From a virus: a stretch of 64,000 bases of DNA. Positions 16,568-26,519 of the stretch are shown here, piece after piece. Made by a program: the position numbers and the translations under genes. The first letter of the stretch is position 1, and every line of letters starts with the position of its first letter. The stretch lies in the IMG/VR virus record IMGVR_UViG_3300045988_076131, positions 10,380 to 74,379 of that record. One strand, 5' to 3'. The notes under the pieces are model-generated. The model was not told where the DNA came from and did not search any database. It saw only the letters and a list, made by a program, of their open reading frames with translations.

Positions 16568-19534
16568 TCAAGCTATAATATATCCCTTTGCCGTCATTGC
16601 TGCGATGTCATCCTCCGAAAGCACTGCCTTTGTTTGTTTACTAAGTGTTAACGTAAAGTCCGGCAAGCCGTTTGCCTTGCGGTCGTAAGAATTTACAACG
16701 AGGCTTTCCTTGACAGAAGCATCCGTCCATGTAGTAAAGTATAAACTTGCTTTAGTTGCTGGGCATTTAAAGAATCCAGTACCTAATTTCAACGTTTTGG
16801 GTATAAAGTTGTATTGACCGAGATAGTCAATGTTTTTGCAACTCTCAAGATTCCAGCCGCTTAAATCCAAACTCCGCAACGAGGAGCATCCGTAGAATAT
16901 TTGGTTCATGCTTGCAACTTTGCTCACATCCCAACCCTCAATGTTCAAACTCTGCAACGAGGAACAAGAAGCAAACATTCCGTACATGTCTGTAACCTTG
17001 CTCACATCCCAACCCTCAATGTTCAAACTCTGCAACGAGGAGCAACCAGAAAACATTCGTTTCAGTGTGACGTTCTTACTGATGCCAAGATTATTGAGGG
17101 TTAATGACGATATTTTGTTACAGCCTTGAAAAAGTCCTTGAGCATTTCCTTCTTTAAAATAAGATAGTCTTATCGCTGATGTCAAATGAGACAAGTCTGC
17201 CCATAACAATGGGATGAACGAACCATACTGCTTACCTCCAAATTGAAGTTGTTGTTTGGGGTATAGACGGGTTCTTGTCTTGCCTTTTATGATTACTGCT
17301 TTGTAATCTACATACACCGTCGTATCTGCCAAAAACAAGACATCTACCCAGTTTCCGTGCAGCTCGTCTATCTTCTTTCGTGTCTCGTCCTCCATCTGCG
17401 ACAGGTTGCCCAGCTGCGTTGATACGCTCGCCAGCACGCCATCTCTTGTAACCTTCATCGTCAAGTCTGCCACGCCCACCTTGTAGCTGACTACCACCTT
17501 TATAGCGGAGTTGCCCTTGAAGTGACTCATGTATCGACAGTAGCCGTCCTTCGGAAGCTCCGCGTCTGCGTTAAGACTAACGAGCGGCGAGTATGTGCCC
17601 ACCTTTGTTTCGTACACCATAGGCAGAGCGTCTACCGCAGCGCCCGTCTCATCAGTAATGGCAAAGCTCTTGTCCTCGGCGTAGGTGTATGTGTATGTGT
17701 GTGTCGCGCCAAGATACGTAGCCGTCGCTGTTGCCGTTGTGCCGTCGGAGTTGTATGTGTATGTGTAATCAATACCGCGCGTCTCCACGCTCTGTATATA
17801 CTCCGCAAAGATGCACACGCTTTCATCTATCACGTTCGGCTTGAACAGATATACGTTGCCCTTCTCCGCAGTAAACTCCGCAATAGCCCAGCCGCTCTTG
17901 TTTACCTTCGCACCGCTTGCCGATATAGCCTTGTTCGTCTCCTTCGCCGTCAGCACGATGTCTGGTCTGTCCGTGTATGCACCCATTGTTTCCGACAGGT
18001 GTTTCACCTCGCTCACCACGTCGCCCACCTCGGCATATCTTGCCAGTTGCAGTGATGTGCTCTCTCCCTTGCGGTTTGTGACGGTCAGAACATCGTTAGC
18101 GAGGGTAGCATCCACATTCTCTGCTGCCACTACCGCCGCGTTTGCTTTCTCTGCCGAAGAATTGGCTTTGGAGGTAGCAAGAGTGGCTTCACTTGCGGCA
18201 TCAGAGGCTTTCTTTGTCGCTGCCTCGCAGTTCGCCTTAGTGGTTGCGAGGGTGGCTTCGCGCTGTTCTTCGGCTGAAACACGGGATGCTTCCGCAGCGA
18301 TTCGGGTCTCTTCCGCTTTCTTACGCTGTGTTTCCGCCGTCTTTCTTTCCGTCTCGTTAGTCTTGCGTTCCTGCTCGTCGGCTTCACGTTCATTCTCTGC
18401 TGTCTGACGTGCCGTTTCTCCGTTGACTCGCTCTGATTCTGCCGTCTTTCGAGCGTCCTCGTTGCTCATGCGCTCTGTTTCTGCTGACACACGCTGCTGT
18501 TCTGCTGCAACTCTATCACTTTCGGACACCTTGCGTGCGCTCTCGTTACCTGCTCTTTCTGCCTCCGCAGTCTGACGCACCGATTCCGCAGCCTCCCTCG
18601 CTGTTTCTTGGCGTACACGCTCGGTTTCAGCCCCCAGTCGTGTGTTCTCGTTCTGCTTGCGTGTAGCTTCCGCGTCGGCACGCAGATTTTCGGCTTCTGC
18701 ACGCTTACCCTCCTCCGCATTTGCCTTGTCGGTAGCCGTGTTTGCTGCACTTGCTGCACTGTTCGCCTTGCTGACGGCTGCGTCAATGTTTACTGAAAGC
18801 TCCGCAAAGGTTGTTGCTCTCTGCTTTTCAGCTGCTACACGGGCGGTTTCGTTTGCGGTACGTACCCTTTCCGCTTCCACACGTCCAACTTCAGCATTGG
18901 CGCGCTGCACCTCTGTTGCCTTTCGTGCATCTTCGTTGCTCACGCGTTCGACTTCCGCTGCATGGCGAACACCCTCACTCTCGCTGCGCTTGTTTTCTGC
19001 TGACACACGAGCGACTTCTGCCGATGCTCGCTGCTGTTCAGCCTCCGTGCGTTCGCTCTCGTTAGCCTTGAGCGTTGCGTCCGTCTGCTTAGCCGTTTCA
19101 ATAGCCGTGTTTGCGTCGGTTATGAGCTGTGTCAGTTCTGCCGTCGGAGGCAGGATAACAAGCGCCGTGTTCATCTCCACCGAGTCCTCGCCCTCGATAA
19201 GCTCGCCGTTGAACGCTGTGTCGCCCGAAGCGTTGTTATCTACGATGGCGAACTGCTCGTACTCCTTGCTGCGCCAGTCGTTGCCGAAAATCTTACCTCG
19301 GACTTCGAGGGCGTATGTACCCACCGATACGGCGTCGCCCTCGACGCGCGCATTGAGGATATTGTCCTCCGTCGTGTCGATAGCGTAGCTCAGAGCCACA
19401 CGCCGATACTGGTTTACGATATTTACAACGATGTCCGTGCAGGCAGGCAGCGGAAAAGCCACCTGCTCGCCGTTCACTATTTTGCATATTGGTATGCGCA
19501 GAGTGAAGTCATTACCTCTAACTATTTTCTTCAT
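16568..19534 (-). CDS. tail fibre protein: Ala/Glu/Arg coiled-coil repeats plus C-terminal BspA/DUF285-type leucine-rich repeats
   Basis: Long (AE..ER..A) repeat block. C-terminus reads FSGCSSLQSLNIEGWDVSKVTDMYGMFASCSSLQSLNIEGWDVSKVASMNQIFYGCSSLRSLDLSGWNL. Confidence 0.8.
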   Translation of the reverse strand: MKKIVRGNDFTLRIPICKIVNGEQVAFPLPACTDIVVNIVNQYRRVALSYAIDTTEDNILNARVEGDAVSVGTYALEVRGKIFGNDWRSKEYEQFAIVDNNASGDTAFNGELIEGEDSVEMNTALVILPPTAELTQLITDANTAIETAKQTDATLKANESERTEAEQQRASAEVARVSAENKRSESEGVRHAAEVERVSNEDARKATEVQRANAEVGRVEAERVRTANETARVAAEKQRATTFAELSVNIDAAVSKANSAASAANTATDKANAEEGKRAEAENLRADAEATRKQNENTRLGAETERVRQETAREAAESVRQTAEAERAGNESARKVSESDRVAAEQQRVSAETERMSNEDARKTAESERVNGETARQTAENEREADEQERKTNETERKTAETQRKKAEETRIAAEASRVSAEEQREATLATTKANCEAATKKASDAASEATLATSKANSSAEKANAAVVAAENVDATLANDVLTVTNRKGESTSLQLARYAEVGDVVSEVKHLSETMGAYTDRPDIVLTAKETNKAISASGAKVNKSGWAIAEFTAEKGNVYLFKPNVIDESVCIFAEYIQSVETRGIDYTYTYNSDGTTATATATYLGATHTYTYTYAEDKSFAITDETGAAVDALPMVYETKVGTYSPLVSLNADAELPKDGYCRYMSHFKGNSAIKVVVSYKVGVADLTMKVTRDGVLASVSTQLGNLSQMEDETRKKIDELHGNWVDVLFLADTTVYVDYKAVIIKGKTRTRLYPKQQLQFGGKQYGSFIPLLWADLSHLTSAIRLSYFKEGNAQGLFQGCNKISSLTLNNLGISKNVTLKRMFSGCSSLQSLNIEGWDVSKVTDMYGMFASCSSLQSLNIEGWDVSKVASMNQIFYGCSSLRSLDLSGWNLESCKNIDYLGQYNFIPKTLKLGTGFFKCPATKASLYFTTWTDASVKESLVVNSYDRKANGLPDFTLTLSKQTKAVLSEDDIAAMTAKGYIIA
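16843..17076. repeat. three tandem 78-bp (26-codon) LRR units inside the fibre gene, two with an identical 43-nt core
   Basis: tgctcacatcccaaccctcaatgttcaaactctgcaacgagga occurs at 16921 and 16999, with a diverged copy upstream. Confidence 0.8.
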
Positions 19535-19537
19535 ATT

Positions 19538-22500
19538 CTATTCTTTTGGTTGTTCTTCTTCTGTTGTGGTTATAGGCTCGTCAGCAGTACCTGTCGGGTC
19601 GGACTCGCTTTCAAGTGCAGGGTTAAAAAACGGTAACTGTCTGCCGTTCCATACCACAGTGCAACTATTCTGGCCTTTATTGACAACGCAGGTTATCATC
19701 GCGCCTTGGCCTCTTTCAAAATATTTGCTGGCATGGTCGAAATCCATACTCGTATATCCGATTGTAGTCATTTCTGTATCGCTATCATTGACAACAATAA
19801 TGGTCTGTCCGACATACGCCATAGCCTCGTAAACCGTCTTTGTGCTCAGTTTGCCCCAGTTTGTATGGTTGGGCATGTAGAAAGGTGGAACAATAACAAC
19901 ATCAGCCTTAGTCATCGCCTTTATGTTACCCGTAAACTTCACAAAGCAGCCGGTCTTCTCGAAGTCAATCTGAATATTTCCGAGAGCCAGTGCCGGCACG
20001 TCTGTAACGTACTCCTTTAGGTTTTCAGGGGTAATCTCCGTCATCTTTTTGCGGATAAGCCCCGAGAATACGCCTGCGCCAACCTCAAGCATGCCATTCT
20101 CGTTCACGCTCGCCGTCACTTCTCCGCTGTTGTTCTTGACCATGAACTTGTTAGCCGTCGCCGTGATGGTGTCGTCCTCAAGGTCGATACCTGCTTTTTT
20201 CAGCCCCGACTCAAGTTTGCCTGCTTCCGTCTTGTCGTAGGGCGATAAGCTCCAGCCTCCGTATTCCGTGCCCTCCATTATCATCGGGCGGCACACGTCG
20301 ATAGCGCCGTTTCTGCGCACGGCAAGTTCAAGCAACAGCTTCGTGCAGCCGTCGGGCACGGTAAACGTCGCAGTAAAGAGCTTCCAGCCACCTATATTCA
20401 GATAGATATTGCCCGACTTGACAACAGCACCTTCCGTACCGCCGTCAAAGCGCTTGATAGAGTAGTAAGCACCGTTATCAAAAAGACTGACAATCTTCGC
20501 CCATACACTGAATACGTACGTCTTGCCAGCCGACACACGCACATCCTTAAAGTACAGACCTGTGTATGTGTCCGCTGTAGCGCCCGACGCACTGAACGTT
20601 GCGTAGTTTGAGCCGCCAACACCCCCACCGCTTGTTATCTCCACCTTTTGCGAGTGAGCGGCTGCTATCTTTGTGATTTCATCCCACGGACGCAGCGCAG
20701 AGCCGACGATGCTGTTCTTTAGGTTCGTGGTCGTTTCAACCTGTAGAGAGATTTTGTCAGCGTTCTGCTCAACCTTCGAAATTCTGTTCTCCAGCTCCTG
20801 CTTGTTCGCAGACACTGTAGAAGTCAGTCCGTCTACGTTTGCCACAATCTCTGCAAGCGTCGTTTCCTTTGTTGTGTCGCCATCCTTCACTTTGAGTTTG
20901 AACATTGACGCAAGCGCATAAATCTCGTCGCGTGACACCACGAATATCTCCTTGCCGTCGAGCGTATAGTCGTTCACGCCCTTGTACAGCTTGATTGACG
21001 GAGAATCAGAGCCGTAAGCCGAGAGGTAGAGCACCGACTGACGCGCCACATCGGTTGTATTGCCCATCTGAACAAGCTCATCGCCTACTTCGGGCTGTGA
21101 GTCGCCGTAGTTACCTCCCGACAAGGCGAGGATGTCGATGTAGTCCGTACCAATCAGCATCACTCTGCGCCAATAATATTTGTTCTTTGCGTTCGCCGTC
21201 GTGCCCTCCTTTATGTTGAACGTCTGGCAGCGCACAAGGTCGTTGACAGCAAACGGGTTTGTTATCTCCTCGTCGCCTCGCTTCGTTAAAAACGAACAAC
21301 GGTAGACATCGTATCGCAAGGGCGTCGGTCCGTATTCGGGTAGCAACGTGCCCTTTTTCAAGAAGTCCACCTTACTGATCTTCATCGACGCAGGCGACAG
21401 GACTACCTCGCCGCCGACACTTTGCAGCTCTCTAATTACGAGCTTCACGAACTCCGCTGCCTTGCGCACAAGCAGACGGTCTACCTCCAGGTAGCTATCA
21501 CCACCTCCGTTGTAATCGCCAAGTTTAAAGCCAGAGCCGTTTGCGCCAGACTTAAAGATTTGAGAGACGAGTTCTTTAAATATCGCCACACCTTCAGGAG
21601 TTACCCGATGTGTGCCATCGCCGAACGTCAGTCCTTTTTCAAAGTTTATAAGTTCTTGTGCTGTATCTCTTTTTACCTTAGAGAGGTACATTTTATCTGC
21701 AACAGACGCATTAAAACTATTACCACCGGTTGAAATATTGCCCAGCCCCCTCACGACTTCTCCTTCTACAGACTGAATTATCTGCTTGATGTCGCTTTGC
21801 CCTGCTTCGAGGGAATTAACGAGTTCTACCTCCGCGCTTACAAGGGCATTATCATCAATCTTTACCTGATAGTTGCTTACAAAAGCATCTACAAGCTCGT
21901 TGTTGTATTTTATTGTGAGCTTTGTGTTCTCGTTGAGCATCGCGGCAAAGTCGGGATTCTCCTGCAGGAATATACGCGAGAATTTAACGGAATAACTGAA
22001 CTTATCTTCGTTGTTCTCGCTCATGTGTTTAATAAGGGCCTCGTCGAGTCGTCTTTCTGCTGCCGTTATCAACACTGACGGCGCTTTTATACCGGTTATA
22101 ACAAACTTGTCACCCTGCTTTGGTTTGAAGCCAGCCGACGCATTAGGCATGACAACTCCGAGCGTAGAGGTCTCCTTTTGGACCGCAATCCATATTTCTT
22201 TCGTTTGAGAATTTTGATTAAGCGTGTCGGACTTAATGTCACTTTCCTGCATTATGTAGTCCTGAAAATCTTCTCTAACGGCTTTTAGGTTGCCGTTTTT
22301 ATCGACGCTCACTGGATTGTAGCAGATATTGTTTGCCTTATCCCAGTAGCACATTATCGGGAAAGAGCACGCAGGGCATCCATGACACTCAATCATTTCT
22401 ATCTTTCCGGTTTCGCTTTCAAGAGCGTGTTTGAACAAGTCAAAGCCGAACTCACCGCTAAACTTATGGAGCTTGATGTAGAAATACGGATGCAGGAGGT

Positions 22501-24451
22501 TACTATTCTCGTCTTTCGCGTCGCTATCAGCCTTATCAAATGCCACATCTGCGATTTCTCCGAAAAGCTGACCGAGGCCATCCGTCTGAATTAAGTCGTT
22601 GCGTATTCCTTTAATGGTCGGCTTAATATCGTCAAATGTTACATACCCTTGATGTGGATTTTTGTCCTTGTATGGGTTGTTGAAATGATACAGACTATCA
22701 GTGCCAGGTATTGTGTAAATCTCTTTCTGGTCGTCGCTTGGGGAGTTGGTCGCATAGTAAAAGCGCTCCGCTCCTCCGCTTTTTCTGTAAATAGACGGCA
22801 TGAGGTTCGCGGACGGATATATCCATGTACGACCTGTTACCATGACGGACACTGCCTTTGTCGTATCGTTTCTTGTTATTTTAGCAAAGGTGTAATTCCC
22901 CTTTTCGTCCTTAGTAAAGTTGTATTCAAACGATATTGCGGCGGCGCTTGACAAACCTTCTATCTCTATTCCGCATTTGTCATAAGATGCACTTTTATCC
23001 CCGTCGTAAACCCATATATATTCGGATTTGGGGGCGTATGAAAACTTTACAGAGCCAAGCGCGGACATATCGAAATACGACCTGTCTGCTTGGTGATACA
23101 CACCCTGCGAGTCTTTCCAGCTTTTGCTTTTGTAAGAGTACAAAAAATCCAAATGTAGCGTATAATCGCCGTCTTCTTTAAACTCGTGTATACAAGTTGT
23201 TCCGACTGTCTGCCCTTTAGAGATACTTTTATCTTCGCTATTTGTGTTTACGTTATCTCGTAGATAAATATCACGGACAACCTCCTTGGAATCGTAAACA
23301 AGCCCTTTGTGATATTCGTTGGCCCAATCGTTATAAGCGAACCCAACTCCAACACTGGTTAGGTCAATAACCATTCCTTTTTTGGCGAGTATTCTCACTT
23401 GGTAGTGGGTAGTAATAGAACACTTGTCGCTCCCAATAGTGGACGAATATCCTCCTGTGTACGAGAGTCCTGATGTAAGAATTTCACCTTTATATACACC
23501 GTCTTCTTTGCCTTTGTACAATGTAAGTTTCTTCTTGTCTCCAGTGCCAACAACTCCCCAATATTTCGATAACACAACGGACACCTTGTCATTGTCGATA
23601 TTTTCCACATTGAATACGGCTTTTCCATACTCATCGGTATTCGGATAGTAATACGGTATATTGTCAGACGAACCGCACCCTGTAATCACATCTATTGCCT
23701 TGTTGTTAGTGTTGTTGCGCTGTATAGACATTAAAGCTGCGTCGCTGCCGTATTGCAGAACGTACTGACTTCCATAATTTCCGCTTGTACTTAAATCATG
23801 CTGCACGCTGCCCACGTGGCACACCTTGCCAACCCAGTAATAATCAAGCTCAAATGTTGTTTTTATAAGCTGAATAACAGCTGATAAATACTGCGACTCA
23901 AAGGATAATTCTTTTATTTCATCCGTACCATAACCTTCGTCTACTACAATGCAATAGCCATCAACTCCGTTTTTGTCATAAAGTCCACAGTAAGCCATAC
24001 TGTTGTTTATGCGACTAACAAACTCGCCAATGTCGCCACCAAACGAGAATTTAGTTTGATTGGAACGGTACTTGTCTCCTCCGTTCGTGTCGTTAGGGTC
24101 CTGCGATACGACATCAAAAAACAAAGTGTTATCTAAGACCTCTCTTTTGGAAATAAAAGAAGCCTCGTGTTTGTATAATCCCGATGTGCTATCTTTGATT
24201 GAAGACGGAATAGATGTTGCATAATATCTCTCGCCGTCAAACTCCACATACTCTTCGCGAGACCACTCTTTATCGAGAGGGCGCGAGAAATAGAATGACG
24301 CAGAAATAGACGGAGCTCCACCTTCGCGATTACGGCTGTTTGTGTAGCTCTTGATACAGGCAAAATCTGCGTCAGACGGAAACAGATGTGTCTCCATAAC
24401 TCCGTCTTTCGCCGTCTTGTCTATCTTTATGTATAATGCTTCCGCTTTCAT
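19538..24451 (-). CDS. large tail/baseplate structural protein (Tal-like N-terminus, carbohydrate-binding-like C-terminal region)
   Basis: 1637 aa, sits between portal and fibre. The N-terminus resembles the phage minor structural / tail endopeptidase family. Confidence 0.65.
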   Translation of the reverse strand: MKAEALYIKIDKTAKDGVMETHLFPSDADFACIKSYTNSRNREGGAPSISASFYFSRPLDKEWSREEYVEFDGERYYATSIPSSIKDSTSGLYKHEASFISKREVLDNTLFFDVVSQDPNDTNGGDKYRSNQTKFSFGGDIGEFVSRINNSMAYCGLYDKNGVDGYCIVVDEGYGTDEIKELSFESQYLSAVIQLIKTTFELDYYWVGKVCHVGSVQHDLSTSGNYGSQYVLQYGSDAALMSIQRNNTNNKAIDVITGCGSSDNIPYYYPNTDEYGKAVFNVENIDNDKVSVVLSKYWGVVGTGDKKKLTLYKGKEDGVYKGEILTSGLSYTGGYSSTIGSDKCSITTHYQVRILAKKGMVIDLTSVGVGFAYNDWANEYHKGLVYDSKEVVRDIYLRDNVNTNSEDKSISKGQTVGTTCIHEFKEDGDYTLHLDFLYSYKSKSWKDSQGVYHQADRSYFDMSALGSVKFSYAPKSEYIWVYDGDKSASYDKCGIEIEGLSSAAAISFEYNFTKDEKGNYTFAKITRNDTTKAVSVMVTGRTWIYPSANLMPSIYRKSGGAERFYYATNSPSDDQKEIYTIPGTDSLYHFNNPYKDKNPHQGYVTFDDIKPTIKGIRNDLIQTDGLGQLFGEIADVAFDKADSDAKDENSNLLHPYFYIKLHKFSGEFGFDLFKHALESETGKIEMIECHGCPACSFPIMCYWDKANNICYNPVSVDKNGNLKAVREDFQDYIMQESDIKSDTLNQNSQTKEIWIAVQKETSTLGVVMPNASAGFKPKQGDKFVITGIKAPSVLITAAERRLDEALIKHMSENNEDKFSYSVKFSRIFLQENPDFAAMLNENTKLTIKYNNELVDAFVSNYQVKIDDNALVSAEVELVNSLEAGQSDIKQIIQSVEGEVVRGLGNISTGGNSFNASVADKMYLSKVKRDTAQELINFEKGLTFGDGTHRVTPEGVAIFKELVSQIFKSGANGSGFKLGDYNGGGDSYLEVDRLLVRKAAEFVKLVIRELQSVGGEVVLSPASMKISKVDFLKKGTLLPEYGPTPLRYDVYRCSFLTKRGDEEITNPFAVNDLVRCQTFNIKEGTTANAKNKYYWRRVMLIGTDYIDILALSGGNYGDSQPEVGDELVQMGNTTDVARQSVLYLSAYGSDSPSIKLYKGVNDYTLDGKEIFVVSRDEIYALASMFKLKVKDGDTTKETTLAEIVANVDGLTSTVSANKQELENRISKVEQNADKISLQVETTTNLKNSIVGSALRPWDEITKIAAAHSQKVEITSGGGVGGSNYATFSASGATADTYTGLYFKDVRVSAGKTYVFSVWAKIVSLFDNGAYYSIKRFDGGTEGAVVKSGNIYLNIGGWKLFTATFTVPDGCTKLLLELAVRRNGAIDVCRPMIMEGTEYGGWSLSPYDKTEAGKLESGLKKAGIDLEDDTITATANKFMVKNNSGEVTASVNENGMLEVGAGVFSGLIRKKMTEITPENLKEYVTDVPALALGNIQIDFEKTGCFVKFTGNIKAMTKADVVIVPPFYMPNHTNWGKLSTKTVYEAMAYVGQTIIVVNDSDTEMTTIGYTSMDFDHASKYFERGQGAMITCVVNKGQNSCTVVWNGRQLPFFNPALESESDPTGTADEPITTTEEEQPKE

Positions 24452-24474
24452 CTTATTATATGTTTATTTTCGTG

Positions 24475-25983
24475 TTATTCCCCTACGCTTCCGTTTGCCG
24501 GTTCGTTCTCATTATCAAGTCGTATTTCTTCGTCGGGTGTTGATACCGTGTTCTTCTCGATGCCGGTCTTAGTTGAAATTAATCCTGCACCCTTTAGCGT
24601 ACAAAGCATCTGATTCCATGCCGCTTCGTCAAATGGCTGCCAAGGCTTAAACGATGCACTTACTTTCATTTTTGCAAATTCAGTAATAGCATTTGGATTC
24701 TCGCCGTTCGCCACAAGCTGTTTTGCAAGACCCTCCTTAAACAGACGGACGTGTTTGCTTACAAAGTTCTGCCACTCGATAACAGCGTTTGCCGTGCGCT
24801 CTATATCCAATGATCGCGTCATCTGAATCGCGAGTCCGCTAATATCTCCACTTGACTTTACATCTTTTGGAAGAATAAATGTCACGCCACAGCCAATCTG
24901 TATCTGGTCAAGAATTGTTTGCATAAACTCAATCATGCCTTGAGGAGAAGGAGGTGTCTTAAACTCCGCAGAACCCTTGCCGTCAAGCGTAGTATCATTG
25001 AGGATTATTGAGCCTGCAATTTTCTTCGCTGTTTCGTTAAAACGTCCTTTGATGTAGAGAATACCCCAACCATGACGTTTTTGTATTACTGCAAACAGGT
25101 TGAAGATTATCTCGAAAAGTTCAATCAAATCCTGCACCTTATTCCACGCTACATCACCGCGCTTTGTGGTTAGCGGACTTTCAGAGAAGCCATGTTTCTC
25201 TGAATACGCCATGCGCCACTCGCCTGTTTCTGTTGTGCCGGAGCCGTTTCCTGCTGTCACATCCTCAACAACCTCATCGGTAAAGTGGTAGTGAGATGTA
25301 TTATCGTAAGCGTCAATATGTCTTGAGCCGTCTTCTGTCTGATAATAGACACAATCAAGCAGAGGTTCTCCGTTGTCGTCTTTATGTGTGATTATTTGAT
25401 AACCATCCACATAAGAAAACAATCGACTTCTAACCTCGTTATTTTCGTTCATATATGTCAGCAGACCAGTATCGCCATAACTTAACTGTGTCGCAACAGC
25501 GAGCATCTCTGCACCGTCCTGGTTGCTATTCTCCCAATGCCACTTCAAATCCGCGAAATTCTTTTTCAGGGTTTCACTCGGGTTACTATCGTGAAGCACA
25601 AAGACACGTTTGTTGCCACAAAGAGAAAGGGCGCATTTCTCCACTATTCGCGCCTGTAGTGCGATGCCGAATTTTTTAAAATCAATTTCAACATATCCAC
25701 CATTCTTGCCCTGTTGCTTAACGCAGATGCTTGGCAGATTCTCGTCGAAGATTACACTGTGACAGTTAGGATCGAGTTCTTTAACAAATCGCTCCTGGCT
25801 TACAACCGTCATTTTAACGTTTGGTAATTTTGCCTCCATGCGGCTGTTCGTGCATACGGCCTTTCCGTCACGACTATCATTTACCGAAGGTGTGTCGCAA
25901 CCGCGTAAAAACGGCTTCTTGAACAACATCTTTTCGGGATGCGTCAGGAAATCTGAAATTATATCTTCTCTACGTCTGCTCAT
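24475..25983 (-). CDS. portal protein (SPP1 Gp6-like)
   Basis: 502 aa, downstream of TerL, acidic C-terminus. Size and position are typical of a portal. Confidence 0.55.
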   Translation of the reverse strand: MSRRREDIISDFLTHPEKMLFKKPFLRGCDTPSVNDSRDGKAVCTNSRMEAKLPNVKMTVVSQERFVKELDPNCHSVIFDENLPSICVKQQGKNGGYVEIDFKKFGIALQARIVEKCALSLCGNKRVFVLHDSNPSETLKKNFADLKWHWENSNQDGAEMLAVATQLSYGDTGLLTYMNENNEVRSRLFSYVDGYQIITHKDDNGEPLLDCVYYQTEDGSRHIDAYDNTSHYHFTDEVVEDVTAGNGSGTTETGEWRMAYSEKHGFSESPLTTKRGDVAWNKVQDLIELFEIIFNLFAVIQKRHGWGILYIKGRFNETAKKIAGSIILNDTTLDGKGSAEFKTPPSPQGMIEFMQTILDQIQIGCGVTFILPKDVKSSGDISGLAIQMTRSLDIERTANAVIEWQNFVSKHVRLFKEGLAKQLVANGENPNAITEFAKMKVSASFKPWQPFDEAAWNQMLCTLKGAGLISTKTGIEKNTVSTPDEEIRLDNENEPANGSVGE

Positions 25984-26509
25984 TTTCTTTTACTTCTTTA
26001 AGTTGGTAATGTTTCATGCACGCCGTCTTGGATGGCCAAAAGTTACATTCTCTGTTTGTGTGTGGGCAAACAATATCATGTTTACTCGGTACGATGATTA
26101 TACGCTTCTGCTTCTGCGTCTCCTCCATTTCAAACTTATCGTTAAGTTTCACACGAAGGTCGCCTTCCATTTTTAATGCGTCTTTTATATCTATCGCCTT
26201 GCTTTCGCCAAGCATCTGAACTCGCTCCAACAACTTTATAAGGTCGTTTTTGTTTTGTTCTTTAGTTATAGCTGCAACGTTTACTACTCCTACGCCGAAC
26301 GGCTCTAAGGCTACAAGCATCTTCTTAAAGCGCGGTGTTTCGTAAAGAGCATCTCCGTCACCCTTCTTGCCGTAAGCAATGCGGTATGCAAAATTCTTGT
26401 CCTCGAACGTATCGCAAAGTGCAGCAAAGGCGACATCTTCTGCTGTCACCTTAGACCACTCTCCTCGCACGGAGTCAAGTATTATTTTTATATCGTCTGT
26501 TTTAATCAT
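25970..26509 (-). CDS. hypothetical protein
   Basis: 179-codon ORF between TerL and portal. Confidence 0.55.
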   Translation of the reverse strand: MIKTDDIKIILDSVRGEWSKVTAEDVAFAALCDTFEDKNFAYRIAYGKKGDGDALYETPRFKKMLVALEPFGVGVVNVAAITKEQNKNDLIKLLERVQMLGESKAIDIKDALKMEGDLRVKLNDKFEMEETQKQKRIIIVPSKHDIVCPHTNRECNFWPSKTACMKHYQLKEVKENEQT

Positions 26510-26519
26510 ATCTTATCAT

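Noticed and set aside
17680-17770. TG/TA microsatellite-like DNA (gtgtatgtgtatgtgtgtgtc)
   Set aside because: It is the coding sequence for the TYTYTY-rich segment of the fibre, not an independent simple-sequence locus.
17522-19388. Several long plus-strand ORFs (17522..18055, 17811..18407, 18642..19388)
   Set aside because: They are antisense to the Ala/Glu/Arg repeat region of the tail fibre gene. Low-complexity repeats keep the opposite strand open. Their products are Ser/Ala/Arg/Cys-rich and look like nonsense.
16568-24451. Diversity-generating retroelement acting on the fibre or tail genes
   Set aside because: No reverse transcriptase gene and no template/variable repeat pair were seen in the window.
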